From Thermoplasmata archaeon (GTDB lineage Archaea > Thermoplasmatota > Thermoplasmata > Lutacidiplasmatales > UBA184), in contig DAHVCH010000004.1 of the NCBI GenBank assembly GCA_027314165.1, positions 2,770 through 66,769 of the forward strand: 64,000 nt of DNA, written 5' to 3'. Shown here one piece after another: positions 8,204 through 17,727 of the stretch. Every line of letters begins with the position of its first letter. Position 1 is the stretch's first letter. Position numbers and translations under genes: made by a program. The notes under the pieces were generated by a model. That model searched no databases and was not told where the DNA came from. It was given only the letters and a program-made list of their open reading frames with translations.

Positions 8204-10492
8204 GTGACCCGCTTGAGAGCCCTTCGGGACGACATCCTCGCGTTCCTGTCGACACACCCGGTCTCCGGGGACGCCGCGGACGGGATCTCGCGGGATGACC
8301 TCGCGAAGCGCCTGGGCTACCGACCGAGTTCGGTGTGGGCCGCGCTTCAAGAGTTGGAGGCAACGGGTGAAGTTGTCTCTGCGCGCGCCCATGTCCCCGG
8401 GGCTCCCTACCGTCGGCAGGTCTTCCGCCTCACTGAGCAGGCCCTGCAGCACGCCGCGGCGAACGCGATCCCGTCTCCAAGGGACCTCCCCGACCTCTCA
8501 GAGCCCTTCGTAGGACGTGCGAGAGAGCTCGAGCAGCTCCATCACGTCTACAAGAACGGAGGCATCTGTGTCGTTGATGGGATTCCCGGGGTGGGGAAGA
8601 CCGCCCTCGTGCGATGCTCGCTCCGATTCGTCTGGGGAAGCCGCCTCATCGTATGGATGACCTTGCGCGACCTCTCCACCCCGGGACTCTCGGCGCGGAT
8701 GGCGGACGCGGTGGGGGGATTGAAGCAGCGCCGCAAGAACGACCGACCAACGGCGGCGCTGGGCCATCTCGGCACGCCGTCTCTCGGTAGCCTCGTCCAA
8801 GCGAGCCCCATTGGGGTCGTTTGGGTCCTGGACGAACTCCAGGACGCCACTCCGGAGACCCTGCTCACCGTGCGCGAGGCCCTGGAGCCCTTCGCCTCTG
8901 GGTCGCCCCACTCCGCCATCCTCGTCACACAACGGGAACTGCCGTGGTCCCTTACCGGGGAGATCACCCACCTCGCCCTGAAGGGGCTTTCCCGGAAGGA
9001 CGCCCTGACGCTGACCGGCGCCCTCGGGCTCCCTGACGACCGGTTCGAGGAGCTGTACCGCGGGACGCTCGGGAACCCCCGTTTCCTTCGTCAGGGCGTC
9101 GGGGCACCCACGGGTGGCGAGGAGCTTTTCGCCGACACGGTGCTCGCGAGCATCTCGGCCACGCAGAGGAGGGCGCTGCTCCCGCTCACGCTCACCTGGG
9201 CAAGAGCCCCACACTCCTGGGCTCTCGCATCGGGATTGAGATCCGAGGAGATCGAGAATCTCGTCTCCCAGTCGATCCTCGACCGTACCGACTCGGTCCT
9301 CCGGGTCCCGGAGCCCCTCGCTCAACGGCTGCGCGAGACCGCCGGGTGGGAGGAGCTGCGGCGGTGCCACGCCTTCCTGGCCGACCGGACGGACGGACCG
9401 ATGCGGGCCGCAGAGAAGTTCGTTCACCTGGTCGAGGCCGAGGAGACCGAGCGCGCCGCGCGGTGGCTCGAGAAGGAGCGCACGGCCATCACAGAGGAGG
9501 AAGCGACACGGGTCCTGCCCGCGACCGTACGGCTCGCCCACCTGCTCGACAGGGGAGAGGCCCGCGGGGTCGTCCTGGCGACCGCCGCAGAGCTGGTCCG
9601 TCGCCAGGGCGATTTCGTCGCGGCCGCCTCTCTTCTGGAGCGCGCCCTGGACGACCTCCCTTCACCGAGGTACCCTGCGCCGCTGTTCACCTGCCTCCTC
9701 ATCCAGAGCGCCCTGCGCGCCGGCCACCGCACGGAGGCCGAGAAGTGGGCCCGCCGTCTGACCTCGGGGCGGTCACGGCCGGAAGCAAGACCGGCGGTCG
9801 AACTCCTGGAGGGGACGCTGCTCGCGTATCGTGGAGAGTACGCAGCGGCCCTCCCCCACTTCCGGCTCTCGGTGGAGCTCTCGCGTTCGAGGAGGCAGAA
9901 AGAGATCCAACGGCTCGCACTCCACGGCATTGCCCATGCAGAAGGAGAGCTGGGACACCCCCAGGAGGTCCTGAAGTGCTACCGGGAGGGTTCGGCGATC
10001 GCCCGCGAGCTCGGGAGCCGTTACCTCGACCTTCACTTCGAACTTGACGCCTGTAAGGCCCTCCTCGCCGTGAACGAGCTCGAGGAGGCGGAGGTGCGCT
10101 ACCGGAGCATCCTTCGAGAGTCGCGCGGCATTGGCTCTAGGACCTGCGCGGCCACGGCGCTCCTAGGCATCGCCTTCTTGGACTGGAAGAGAGGGAATCT
10201 GGAGCTCTCCCTACGCCATGGTGAAGAGGCCCTGGCGCAGGCGGAGCTCGCGGCCGATCGTTCGCTGGTCGGGAGGGTCCTCGCCAACCTGGCGGAGATC
10301 CTCAGGTTGGCGGGCCAAAGGGCACGTGCCCTGAAGGTCGCCCAGCGGGCGCTGCGACTCGCCCGCGAGGGGGGCCGCGACGCCGATGTCGTCTTCGCCC
10401 GGGAGGCTTTGGAAGCGGCCCGTGCCCCGAGGAAACGACGGGTAACGAGGAGGGAGCGTCTCCCTCCTCGGCGGGCCGCGCATGTCCCGTAG
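8204..10492 (+). CDS. wHTH + STAND-class NTPase + TPR regulator
   Basis: N-terminal HTH (SRDDLAKRLG...LQELEATGEV), FVGRARE, Walker A GIPGVGKT, Walker B VLDE, GNP motif, C-terminal TPR-like helices. Confidence 0.85.
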   Translation: MTRLRALRDDILAFLSTHPVSGDAADGISRDDLAKRLGYRPSSVWAALQELEATGEVVSARAHVPGAPYRRQVFRLTEQALQHAAANAIPSPRDLPDLSEPFVGRARELEQLHHVYKNGGICVVDGIPGVGKTALVRCSLRFVWGSRLIVWMTLRDLSTPGLSARMADAVGGLKQRRKNDRPTAALGHLGTPSLGSLVQASPIGVVWVLDELQDATPETLLTVREALEPFASGSPHSAILVTQRELPWSLTGEITHLALKGLSRKDALTLTGALGLPDDRFEELYRGTLGNPRFLRQGVGAPTGGEELFADTVLASISATQRRALLPLTLTWARAPHSWALASGLRSEEIENLVSQSILDRTDSVLRVPEPLAQRLRETAGWEELRRCHAFLADRTDGPMRAAEKFVHLVEAEETERAARWLEKERTAITEEEATRVLPATVRLAHLLDRGEARGVVLATAAELVRRQGDFVAAASLLERALDDLPSPRYPAPLFTCLLIQSALRAGHRTEAEKWARRLTSGRSRPEARPAVELLEGTLLAYRGEYAAALPHFRLSVELSRSRRQKEIQRLALHGIAHAEGELGHPQEVLKCYREGSAIARELGSRYLDLHFELDACKALLAVNELEEAEVRYRSILRESRGIGSRTCAATALLGIAFLDWKRGNLELSLRHGEEALAQAELAADRSLVGRVLANLAEILRLAGQRARALKVAQRALRLAREGGRDADVVFAREALEAARAPRKRRVTRRERLPPRRAAHVP

Positions 10493-10767
10493 GAGAAGAC
10501 CAGGTCAGGAGCGGCCCGTTCCGGTGTCGTCCGGTCCGGGGGTTCCTACGGCCAGCTTCCACCAGGGTTCGGGTCCATCGGAGCCACCTCCGAGAGACTC
10601 CGGGATTCTCGGAGTCAAGGACCCGCGCAGGATTTTCCGCGGAGAATCCACCCGGATGCGTATTGCGCGTCCGACGGACCTGACGCGTGTCACCTCCTGG
10701 CGAGGGAATGGACAAGAGCGCATGCGAGGGGCACCGCGCGACAGTCCGCGCGAGCCCCTCGCCTCCC

Positions 10768-10998
10768 CTACTCTACGAGGAAGGCGCCACAGGTGTTGCA
10801 GCGTTCGGCCGAGATCGGAACCCGGCTCCAGCAGTCGGCGCACATCGCTACATCTTCCTCGAAGACGGCGCCGCACCGGGGGCAGATCGCCTCGTTGATG
10901 CGGACCGGCACCCAGCACAGGGGACAGGTGGCCACAGTTGTGTCGACGATGTTCGGCTCCCGCAGCCACAAGGGGGCGAGGCTCTCGGCTTCCAACAT
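10768..10998 (-). CDS. Small double zinc-ribbon protein
   Basis: CPLC, CPRC, CADC, CNTC. Confidence 0.7.
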   Translation of the reverse strand: MLEAESLAPLWLREPNIVDTTVATCPLCWVPVRINEAICPRCGAVFEEDVAMCADCWSRVPISAERCNTCGAFLVE

Positions 10999-11121
10999 GG
11001 TCGGGAGTTGGGTCGCCCCTGGTATCAAGGGATGGTTCCGGAACGGAAGCGAAGCAGCCCCCTGACGCGCGTCATGGAACTCTGAGAGGAGCGAAAGTGC
11101 GCGAAGCGATGTGCTGGAGGG

Positions 11122-11343
11122 TCACTCCTCGCACGACTCCCCATCGAACGACTCGGGGGTTTCCACCGAGGGGCGCAGGCCCAAGGGTAGGACGATCAGC
11201 GCGGCGGACCACGGGATCCTATTCTCTTCACGGTATGCGGCAAGCCACTCTGGGGTCGCACGGGCGAGCCGTATCCTCTCGAGGCGCTGCCAGCCCTCTC
11301 CAGCATGGCGCAACCAAAGCACTCCGGAGTCGTCTCGGCTCAT
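11122..11343 (-). CDS. Small hypothetical protein
   Basis: MSRDDSGVLWLRHAGEGWQRLER...; plausible composition, co-oriented with the zinc-ribbon gene. Confidence 0.4.
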   Translation of the reverse strand: MSRDDSGVLWLRHAGEGWQRLERIRLARATPEWLAAYREENRIPWSAALIVLPLGLRPSVETPESFDGESCEE

Positions 11344-11504
11344 GCAGAAAAATAGAGGGGATTCGGGCTCAAGCCGAGGGGACCCGGCCGTGAACTTCGA
11401 ATCCCGCCTCCGACGTTCCGGGGAGCTTCCAGGGATATTGACCCAATGACATGTTTCCACGGAAAGTCGTGCCTTCGCCGACCCTTCGCGGGTCGAATCT
11501 CCCC

Positions 11505-12329
11505 TCAGATGGCGGGGGAGCCTAGCGTTATCGTCAGGGTAAAGGAGACGGGGGAAGATTGGGAACCCCCCCCGACCAGGAGGACCCCGACCGACAACGC
11601 GAGCGCGCCCTCCCCTCCTGCGGTGAGGGAGAAGCTCATCGACGCCGAAGACCCCACCCATGTGATTCCCGCGGAGTCGACGTCCATCCCCCAGGACAGG
11701 CCATCGAAGGGGGAACGGGCATCGGCCGACGGGATGTTCTGCGGAGCCCGAAGCTCGCCTCCCGGAACGAATGGGGCGGCGCTAAGTTCAGAGGACGGTG
11801 GGGACGCGTAGGGCTCAACGAGCGCGTAGAGCTCTTCGCCGACCGGGAGCGACCCCTCGCCGGAGACGAGGGAGACGGTGAGCGACGCGTGCGCACTGCC
11901 CCCTTGGGGGGGCGTCGAAGCGCGCACGACGAAGAGGAGCGCGGGGAGGAAGTAGGTCGGGACGCCGGGGGCGGCCCACAGGGTGAGCTGCGCCGTGGCT
12001 CCGTTGTCCTGAACGGAGAGAGCGGAGCCCCCCAAGGAGTTCGCGGGAAGGGCGCCCGGAGGGAGCTCGAACGCACCCTCCAGCGTCGCCACCAGGGCAG
12101 AGCGGCCGACCGCGATGCCCGCCAGCAACAGTATCGCGCTGGCGACGAACGGGACAGCCCTCGACCAGCCACGTCGGCCCCGTCGCGGCGAGGGAGCGGC
12201 GGTCCCGAGACGCCGCCCCCTCGCCGGCCATGGAGCGGGGAAGGTGCTCGCAGACCGGGTCCCCTGGTGTCCGCGGGGACCGCCCTCGCACCTGCGCTCG
12301 GGCAGCTGGTCTCCCTCGCTTGGCCCCAT
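11505..12329 (-). CDS. Membrane-anchored exported hypothetical protein
   Basis: Basic N-terminus, one TM (AVPFVASAILLLAGIAVG), Ser/Gly-rich beta-type ectodomain. Confidence 0.6.
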   Translation of the reverse strand: MGPSEGDQLPERRCEGGPRGHQGTRSASTFPAPWPARGRRLGTAAPSPRRGRRGWSRAVPFVASAILLLAGIAVGRSALVATLEGAFELPPGALPANSLGGSALSVQDNGATAQLTLWAAPGVPTYFLPALLFVVRASTPPQGGSAHASLTVSLVSGEGSLPVGEELYALVEPYASPPSSELSAAPFVPGGELRAPQNIPSADARSPFDGLSWGMDVDSAGITWVGSSASMSFSLTAGGEGALALSVGVLLVGGGSQSSPVSFTLTITLGSPAI

Positions 12330-12460
12330 GACATGGGAGGCTTCCTCGCGGACCCTTCTTCAACGAGGGGTTCTTTTTCGGAACGGGACCTGCGCGCAGG
12401 GCTGCATTCCGGAACCTCCGGCGCGGCCCTCGATCTCCGGCCGCCCTCACGATTCGGAGG

Positions 12461-13714
12461 GTGAGAACCGTGGACCGGAACCTTCGCGCGCTCTCGATAG
12501 GCGCTGCGGTCCGGGCACTGGGGACCTCGCTCCTCGGGCCGTTCCTCGCGCTCTACATGCACAATGTCCTTCTGATCGGATATGCCATGGTGGGGTTGCT
12601 GCTCTTCCTCTTCGGAGCGGTATCGGTGCCGTTCTCCATGGCGGGAGGGCTCCTCACCGACCGGCTGGGGCGGAGGTCGGTATTCCTCGGGACCCTCATC
12701 GGGGAGGTGGCCGCGTTCGCGGTGTTGGGATGGTCGATCTCGGTCGGATCTCTCGCCGGGGTCGTCGGTTCCGCGTTCGCGGGGTCGATCATCACGAGCC
12801 TGGGGAACCCCGCCAACTCCGCCTACCTCGCCGACCTGGCCGAGGGCCACCTGCGCACCGAGGGTTTCATGTGGCAGCGGATCGGACACAACGCGGGGTT
12901 CGCCGCAGGGACCGCAGCGGGTGGGCTTCTGATCTCGGCCTTGGGCTTTGCCCTCGTGGTCTACCTCGGGACGGCGGTCCTCCTCGCCTCAACAACCTAC
13001 CTGGTCCTCGTCCTCGACCCATCTGCCGAGGACTCGCGGATCCGAGATGCTCGACGGACCGGGGCCGTCGTGAGACCTGACCGAGCCACCCACCGCGGTC
13101 CGGGAGCGCGTCTGGGAGCGATGGCACGGGACCGCACCTTCCTCGAACTGACCGTTGGGATGTCGCTCATCGCGCTCGTGACGGGCCAGTGGACCGTGGT
13201 CTTCCCCCTTTTCGTGAACTCCCTTATGCACATCTCGTACGGGTGGCTCGGTCTCGGACTCTCCCTTAACGGGGTGCTGGTGGTGGTCGCCCAGCCCTGG
13301 ACCACTCGCATGGCCCGCGGTCGGCGCCACACGACCTTCGCCCTCCTGGGGCTGTTGCTCTACGTCGTGGGGTTCTTTCTTCTCGCCGCCGCAGACACCT
13401 GGTCGCTCTTCCCTCTCGAGGTCTTCTTCGGGGTGGTGTTCCTCCTCACGATGGGGGAGAACGTCGAGGCGGTCCCGTACAGCACATTGCCCTCGAACTT
13501 GGCACCCCTCGCGGAGCGGGGGGCCTACAACGGCGCGTTCAGCGCCGTTACGGGGCTTGGCTACCTTCTGGCGACGCTTTGGGGGACCGCGGGCCTGAGC
13601 CTGTTCCCGAACCCCCTTGTCCTGTGGACGATCCTGATGCTCCCTGCGGTCCCGGGCACGCTCCTGATCACGCACGCGGCCCGGACCATGGCCCCCGCGG
13701 CCGACCGTGCGTAG
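12461..13714 (+). CDS. MFS transporter
   Basis: GLLTDRLGRR motif A, about 12 TM helices. Confidence 0.9.
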   Translation: MRTVDRNLRALSIGAAVRALGTSLLGPFLALYMHNVLLIGYAMVGLLLFLFGAVSVPFSMAGGLLTDRLGRRSVFLGTLIGEVAAFAVLGWSISVGSLAGVVGSAFAGSIITSLGNPANSAYLADLAEGHLRTEGFMWQRIGHNAGFAAGTAAGGLLISALGFALVVYLGTAVLLASTTYLVLVLDPSAEDSRIRDARRTGAVVRPDRATHRGPGARLGAMARDRTFLELTVGMSLIALVTGQWTVVFPLFVNSLMHISYGWLGLGLSLNGVLVVVAQPWTTRMARGRRHTTFALLGLLLYVVGFFLLAAADTWSLFPLEVFFGVVFLLTMGENVEAVPYSTLPSNLAPLAERGAYNGAFSAVTGLGYLLATLWGTAGLSLFPNPLVLWTILMLPAVPGTLLITHAARTMAPAADRA

Positions 13715-13997
13715 CCCGAAAGAAGGGTTCGCGAGCTCGGAGAGGGGAGCAAGGGGGGGAGCGTCCCCGTCCACGGTTTGACCAGTTAGAGGTGGCCCGG
13801 CCTCTGGCACGTGTGGGGAGGTTTCCGCGCGGCCCGAGCCGGGCCCCTGGCTCGGGGGCCCGCGAGACGCCCGCGACTGCGGCCGTTTCGCCCGAATGCC
13901 CGGTCACCGGGCACCGATGAGTTTCAATATGTGTGCTCCCCTATGCTGTTTGGTTTTGAAGGAGAAACAACCAGGTCTCCTGGGATAGGCGAGAGGA

Positions 13998-14564
13998 TTG
14001 GTCGAATTGAGCGCACACGAGCGGGGGCTGCTGATGGCCCTCCTTGCGAACGGCACGGCCACGAACACCGAGCTCGCCCGCGAGCTCAACATCTCCGCGA
14101 CGGCGACCCGTAAGATCCGCCTGCGACTGGAGAAGGCGGGGATCATCCGTGGGTACCGCCCGGTACTGGACCTCTCCGCCCTGGGCCTCCAGGTCTTCGC
14201 TCTTATCGAGATCCGCCTGCTCCCGAAGGGGTGGGAGAGCGGGGGAGGCGCGGGTCTCCAGGCCCAGCTCGCTCGCCACGAGAACGTGCTGGCCCTCTAC
14301 CGCATGCCCGAGGGGGAGGTCACGCATCGCGCGCTGGTCGGGTTCCGGAGCCTGGAAGAGTTCGACCGTTTTGTCCACATCCTGCAATCTCAGTATTCCG
14401 AATACATGACCATCCACCGGACCTCCACCTTTTCGGCGAAGAGCATCCTGAAGGAGGACCCACGATGGGCCCTGACCAAGATCCTGCTGGAAGGCGATGA
14501 GCCCCAGCTTCCGAAGAATCTGGAGCGTGTCCCCGCTCGCGTGCCGGCCCCCGAGGACGGATGA
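13998..14564 (+). CDS. Lrp/AsnC-family transcriptional regulator
   Basis: NTELARELNIS...RLEKAGIIRGYRPVLDLSALG plus RAM-like domain. Confidence 0.9.
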   Translation: MVELSAHERGLLMALLANGTATNTELARELNISATATRKIRLRLEKAGIIRGYRPVLDLSALGLQVFALIEIRLLPKGWESGGGAGLQAQLARHENVLALYRMPEGEVTHRALVGFRSLEEFDRFVHILQSQYSEYMTIHRTSTFSAKSILKEDPRWALTKILLEGDEPQLPKNLERVPARVPAPEDG

Positions 14565-14923
14565 CCGACGTCCTGCTCGTCAGCGGTGGCGCGGAGGCCC
14601 GAGAGGTCTTCCGTGCCCTTCTGCGACTCCACCACTTCCGTGTCAAGTCCGAGGCCGCAGGGACCAAGCAGGCCATGAATCTCCTCAGAACCGGGTTCAA
14701 GGGAGTGATGATCCTGGACACGGAGCTCACCGACGGTGGGTGGGAAGATGTCCTGACCAGGGCCCAGGAATCCCGGCCAAAGGTGCCCGTGGTCCTTGTG
14801 AGCCCGCTCTACGGGGCGGAGTTCGAGAACAAGGCGAAGCACCTGGGGGCCGCCGTCATCCTCCCGCGCCCGTTCGAGATCCCCGAGCTACTGGCCGCGA
14901 TCGAGCAGGCGATAGGTGCATAG
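14561..14923 (+). CDS. Stand-alone atypical receiver (REC) domain protein
   Basis: MILD, PVVLVS, GA..ILPRPF; ATGA overlap with the Lrp stop. Confidence 0.75.
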   Translation: MTDVLLVSGGAEAREVFRALLRLHHFRVKSEAAGTKQAMNLLRTGFKGVMILDTELTDGGWEDVLTRAQESRPKVPVVLVSPLYGAEFENKAKHLGAAVILPRPFEIPELLAAIEQAIGA

Positions 14924-15266
14924 GTCGTCGACCGCCCTTCTCGCCCGAAGCAGGAGAGCTCCGCGCGCCCTCGGAAGCAGGGGCTTTCAAAGGGAACGAT
15001 AGAGAGGCCCACGACCAGGTGCCTCCAGGGGCTCTCGGGGCCCCTCGAGAGAACCTTGGCCCGTTCTAGCCCCTTCGCCCCGAGGGCGTCGCACCGCGGT
15101 CGGAGTCCCTAGGGCGCTTCCCCATGTCAGGAGTGGGCGCGCCTCAACGACCGCGTGTTACGATTCTGAACCCCCGGGGGGGTCCGCGGGACCTAGACGG
15201 AACCGAAGAACCATACCCTCTGCCGCCAACTGACGGACCGCTTGCAAGAGCAAGGTGGAAGTGAAC

Positions 15267-15788
15267 ATGATCGAGGCCCTCGCCTTTCAGGTAACGTCTG
15301 CTCCGATATCGAGACCGACCGTGGCCACCGACCGCGCTCCGCGGGGTCCGCGGGGCCTCGACCACGACCCGGGGTACCTCCCCCTCCTGCTGGAAGGGCT
15401 CCAACTGAAGGGACGACGGGCCCTCTACGCCGGGACCCCTGAACGCCTCCTTGCCATCTCCAACGACCGCGGAGTTCAAGCGTTCCTGCCACCCCACTTC
15501 CGCTGGCTGCTCCCCCCTATCGCCCAGGTGGTCCGCGCCGCGCGGCGGGGCCTTCCCCAGCTGCTCCGCGAGGGACTCCACGACCTCTCGGTCCTGGGAA
15601 TGATGTGCATCCCGCCGAGGGCGGCTGAGGCACTCCTGAACCCCGCCACGCATGGACAGCTCTGCCTGATCGTCGACGGTCTCGACTACAACGACCCGGA
15701 CGGGAGGCTCGCGGCGAAGGGACTGAACGACCTGGCACTGAGGACGGGGGCTATGATCCTGGCGCTGCCGAGCTTGACCTCAGGGTGA
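15267..15788 (+). CDS. Hypothetical protein, possibly degenerate RecA/KaiC-like fold
   Basis: SD-like AGGTGGA; LCLIVDGLD Walker-B-like strand followed by LALRTGAMIL. Confidence 0.45.
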   Translation: MIEALAFQVTSAPISRPTVATDRAPRGPRGLDHDPGYLPLLLEGLQLKGRRALYAGTPERLLAISNDRGVQAFLPPHFRWLLPPIAQVVRAARRGLPQLLREGLHDLSVLGMMCIPPRAAEALLNPATHGQLCLIVDGLDYNDPDGRLAAKGLNDLALRTGAMILALPSLTSG

Positions 15789-15938
15789 CGGGCCCGCCCT
15801 TAGGATTCGTGCCCTCCACCCTCCCGACCGCCCCGCGACACGGCCCAGCAACATGGCGTGCCCCCCGGCAAGATCCCAACGTCGTCTGCGAGGGGCCCGT
15901 CGAGCCCGGATATTCTCTTCCCCCGCGAGGTTGGGACA

Positions 15939-16241
15939 TTACCTACCCCGAGGGGGTTGTCTGAAGGCGGCGGGCTCTTGACGGGTCAGCGCCACCTCCC
16001 ACCACTCTACGTCCCGAGTCCACGGTCGTAACGCTCGCACCACGTGGGTCCGATCCTCCGCTCGCACCAGCAGAGCACCGCGGCTCACTTTCCAGTGGGG
16101 GACCTCATCCAAGATACCCCGCCGTCGGTACGACCTCTCCCCGACCTTCCGGTCCGCCCCCAGAGCTCGTTCGGTGATGCGGGCCCGCCCGTTCATGGTG
16201 ACCTTCCCGAGCTGATAGGCGATGATCGCCCCGGGCGTCAT
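15939..16241 (-). CDS. Small hypothetical protein
   Basis: MTPGAIIAYQL...YRRRGILDEVPHWKVSRGALLV; alternating strand/helix pattern. Confidence 0.5.
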   Translation of the reverse strand: MTPGAIIAYQLGKVTMNGRARITERALGADRKVGERSYRRRGILDEVPHWKVSRGALLVRAEDRTHVVRALRPWTRDVEWWEVALTRQEPAAFRQPPRGR

Positions 16242-16359
16242 TTCCCTCATCCTACGCCTGGGCAATCCCCCCCCATGCACGTCAAGAGTACTAACGACGA
16301 GAAGGAGAAGGGCGTCCATAGAGACGTCATCCATAGATCGTCGGCCCCCTGTCGGGTTC

Positions 16360-16900
16360 ATGGTGGAGGTCAGCGGAGGCGCCGCCGAACGCGTCCGCGA
16401 GGTCGTCGACCAACTCCGGGAGCGGAAGTTCCCCTACGTGCGTCGGTCCCGCCGGCGTATCCCCTGGTGACTCTACGACCTGGCCCAGCGGCCGGGGTTC
16501 CTCGAGATACTCGATCTCGTCCAGGGTTCGTGGACCGGTGGGCCTGGGAGCGGCCCGAGGGGGCCGCCACCCCTCCCCACCCGAAGGGGGACCGGCCCCC
16601 GGTCGCTCTTCTCGACCGACTGAAAGCCCCCCTCGCCCAGAGCTACCTGGGTCTTCCCAACCGCCCGACCGAAGGGGAGGTGACCGTCCTGCGAGTGATC
16701 CTGGAGATCTCCCGCCACTTCGGCTACAAGAGGCCCTGTCCTCGGCCTACAGGGCTTCGAGGAACTGCTCATCACGGAAGCGCGGGACTTGGAGGGGGCT
16801 CCTCCCCTCGATGGAGTACTCGAACGCCACACGGACCGCGGCAAGGCGGTCGACCTCGAGGTCGGGAGGCACGTAACAAATGCCCTTCGGCTCCGGGTCA
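16360..16900 (+). pseudogene. Degraded DDE transposase remnant (IS5/ISNCY-like)
   Basis: Fragments across frames: FPY..RRIPW*LYDLAQ, then DRPP..D.LK..LAQSYLG..NR..EG...FGYK, then SAYRASRN; internal stop and frameshifts. Confidence 0.6.
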
Positions 16901-16953
16901 GCCCCGGCCACCAACCATTAAGGGTGGGAAGCGCCCCTCTACGGAACGGGTCC

Positions 16954-17652
16954 TTGCAGCAAGTCCTCTCCGTCGCCCCGGTCAAGTCGGTCTCCGCGGA
17001 CGAGGCTCAGACCTGGCTCCTTGTCGGGCTCATCTTCCACGTCATATTCAGCATCGGGATCGCCGTGGTCATCTTCCTGTTCTTCGGCGTACTCGGGATC
17101 TTCGGGAACATCTTCTGGCTGATCGGAGCGACGCTCATCGGCCTCATCGTCCTGGCCATCTACATCGGCGTGGACTGGTGCTACCTGCGGACCCGCCGAG
17201 GGGAGTACGAGGGGGCCCGTGGGCCGACGCTGATCCTGGGAATCCTCGGTATCGTGTTCGGGGGCATCATCACCGGGGTGTTCTACCTCATGGCCTACTC
17301 GAAGCTCGGGGACGCGATCCGCGAGCGCACCGCACCGCTGGTGGCCGTCCCGGTCACGGCGGTCAACCCCTACTTCGTCGCCTACGCTCCCGTGCCGGGC
17401 TACGGGGCCCCGGGCGCGGTCCCGATGTACGTCGCGTCTCCCTATCCTACCGCCGCGCCCTACCCGGCCGCCGCGCCTTACCCGACCGCGGCACCCTATC
17501 CGACTGCCGCGCCCCCGCTGGCCATCACCCCCCCACCGGCCCCGCCGCAGGCCCCCGCAACGCCGACCGTGTGCGCCCGCTGCCGCCAGGCGACCACCTA
17601 CGTACCTGAGTACCAGCGGTACTACTGTCACTCCTGTCACCTCTACGCGTGA
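16954..17652 (+). CDS. Membrane protein with Pro/Tyr-rich tail and C-terminal zinc ribbon
   Basis: Several TM helices, PYPxAA repeats, CARC...CHSC; start moved to TTG 16954, past the transposase relic. Confidence 0.75.
   Translation: MQQVLSVAPVKSVSADEAQTWLLVGLIFHVIFSIGIAVVIFLFFGVLGIFGNIFWLIGATLIGLIVLAIYIGVDWCYLRTRRGEYEGARGPTLILGILGIVFGGIITGVFYLMAYSKLGDAIRERTAPLVAVPVTAVNPYFVAYAPVPGYGAPGAVPMYVASPYPTAAPYPAAAPYPTAAPYPTAAPPLAITPPPAPPQAPATPTVCARCRQATTYVPEYQRYYCHSCHLYA
17440..17511 (+). repeat. Coding 18-bp tandem repeat x4 (PYP[T/A]AA)
   Basis: CCCTATCCTACCGCCGCG and three variants. Confidence 0.85.
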
Positions 17653-17727
17653 GGGCCCTGGAGACCCGGGATCGCGCCTGCGCGCTGGACACGACCTGGG
17701 TCCTGGCTTTCGTAAACGTCATACTCC

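Noticed and set aside
11395-11415. TTCGAATCCCGCCTCCG resembling a tRNA 3' half or att site
   Set aside because: No pairing T-stem, no cloverleaf, and no integrase or matching copy in the window
16468-16470. In-frame TGA in the transposase fragment as a second readthrough case
   Set aside because: Accompanied by frameshifts and deletion, so simple decay
17440-17511. 18-bp repeats as a non-coding array
   Set aside because: Variation is mostly synonymous within a coding PYPxAA repeat
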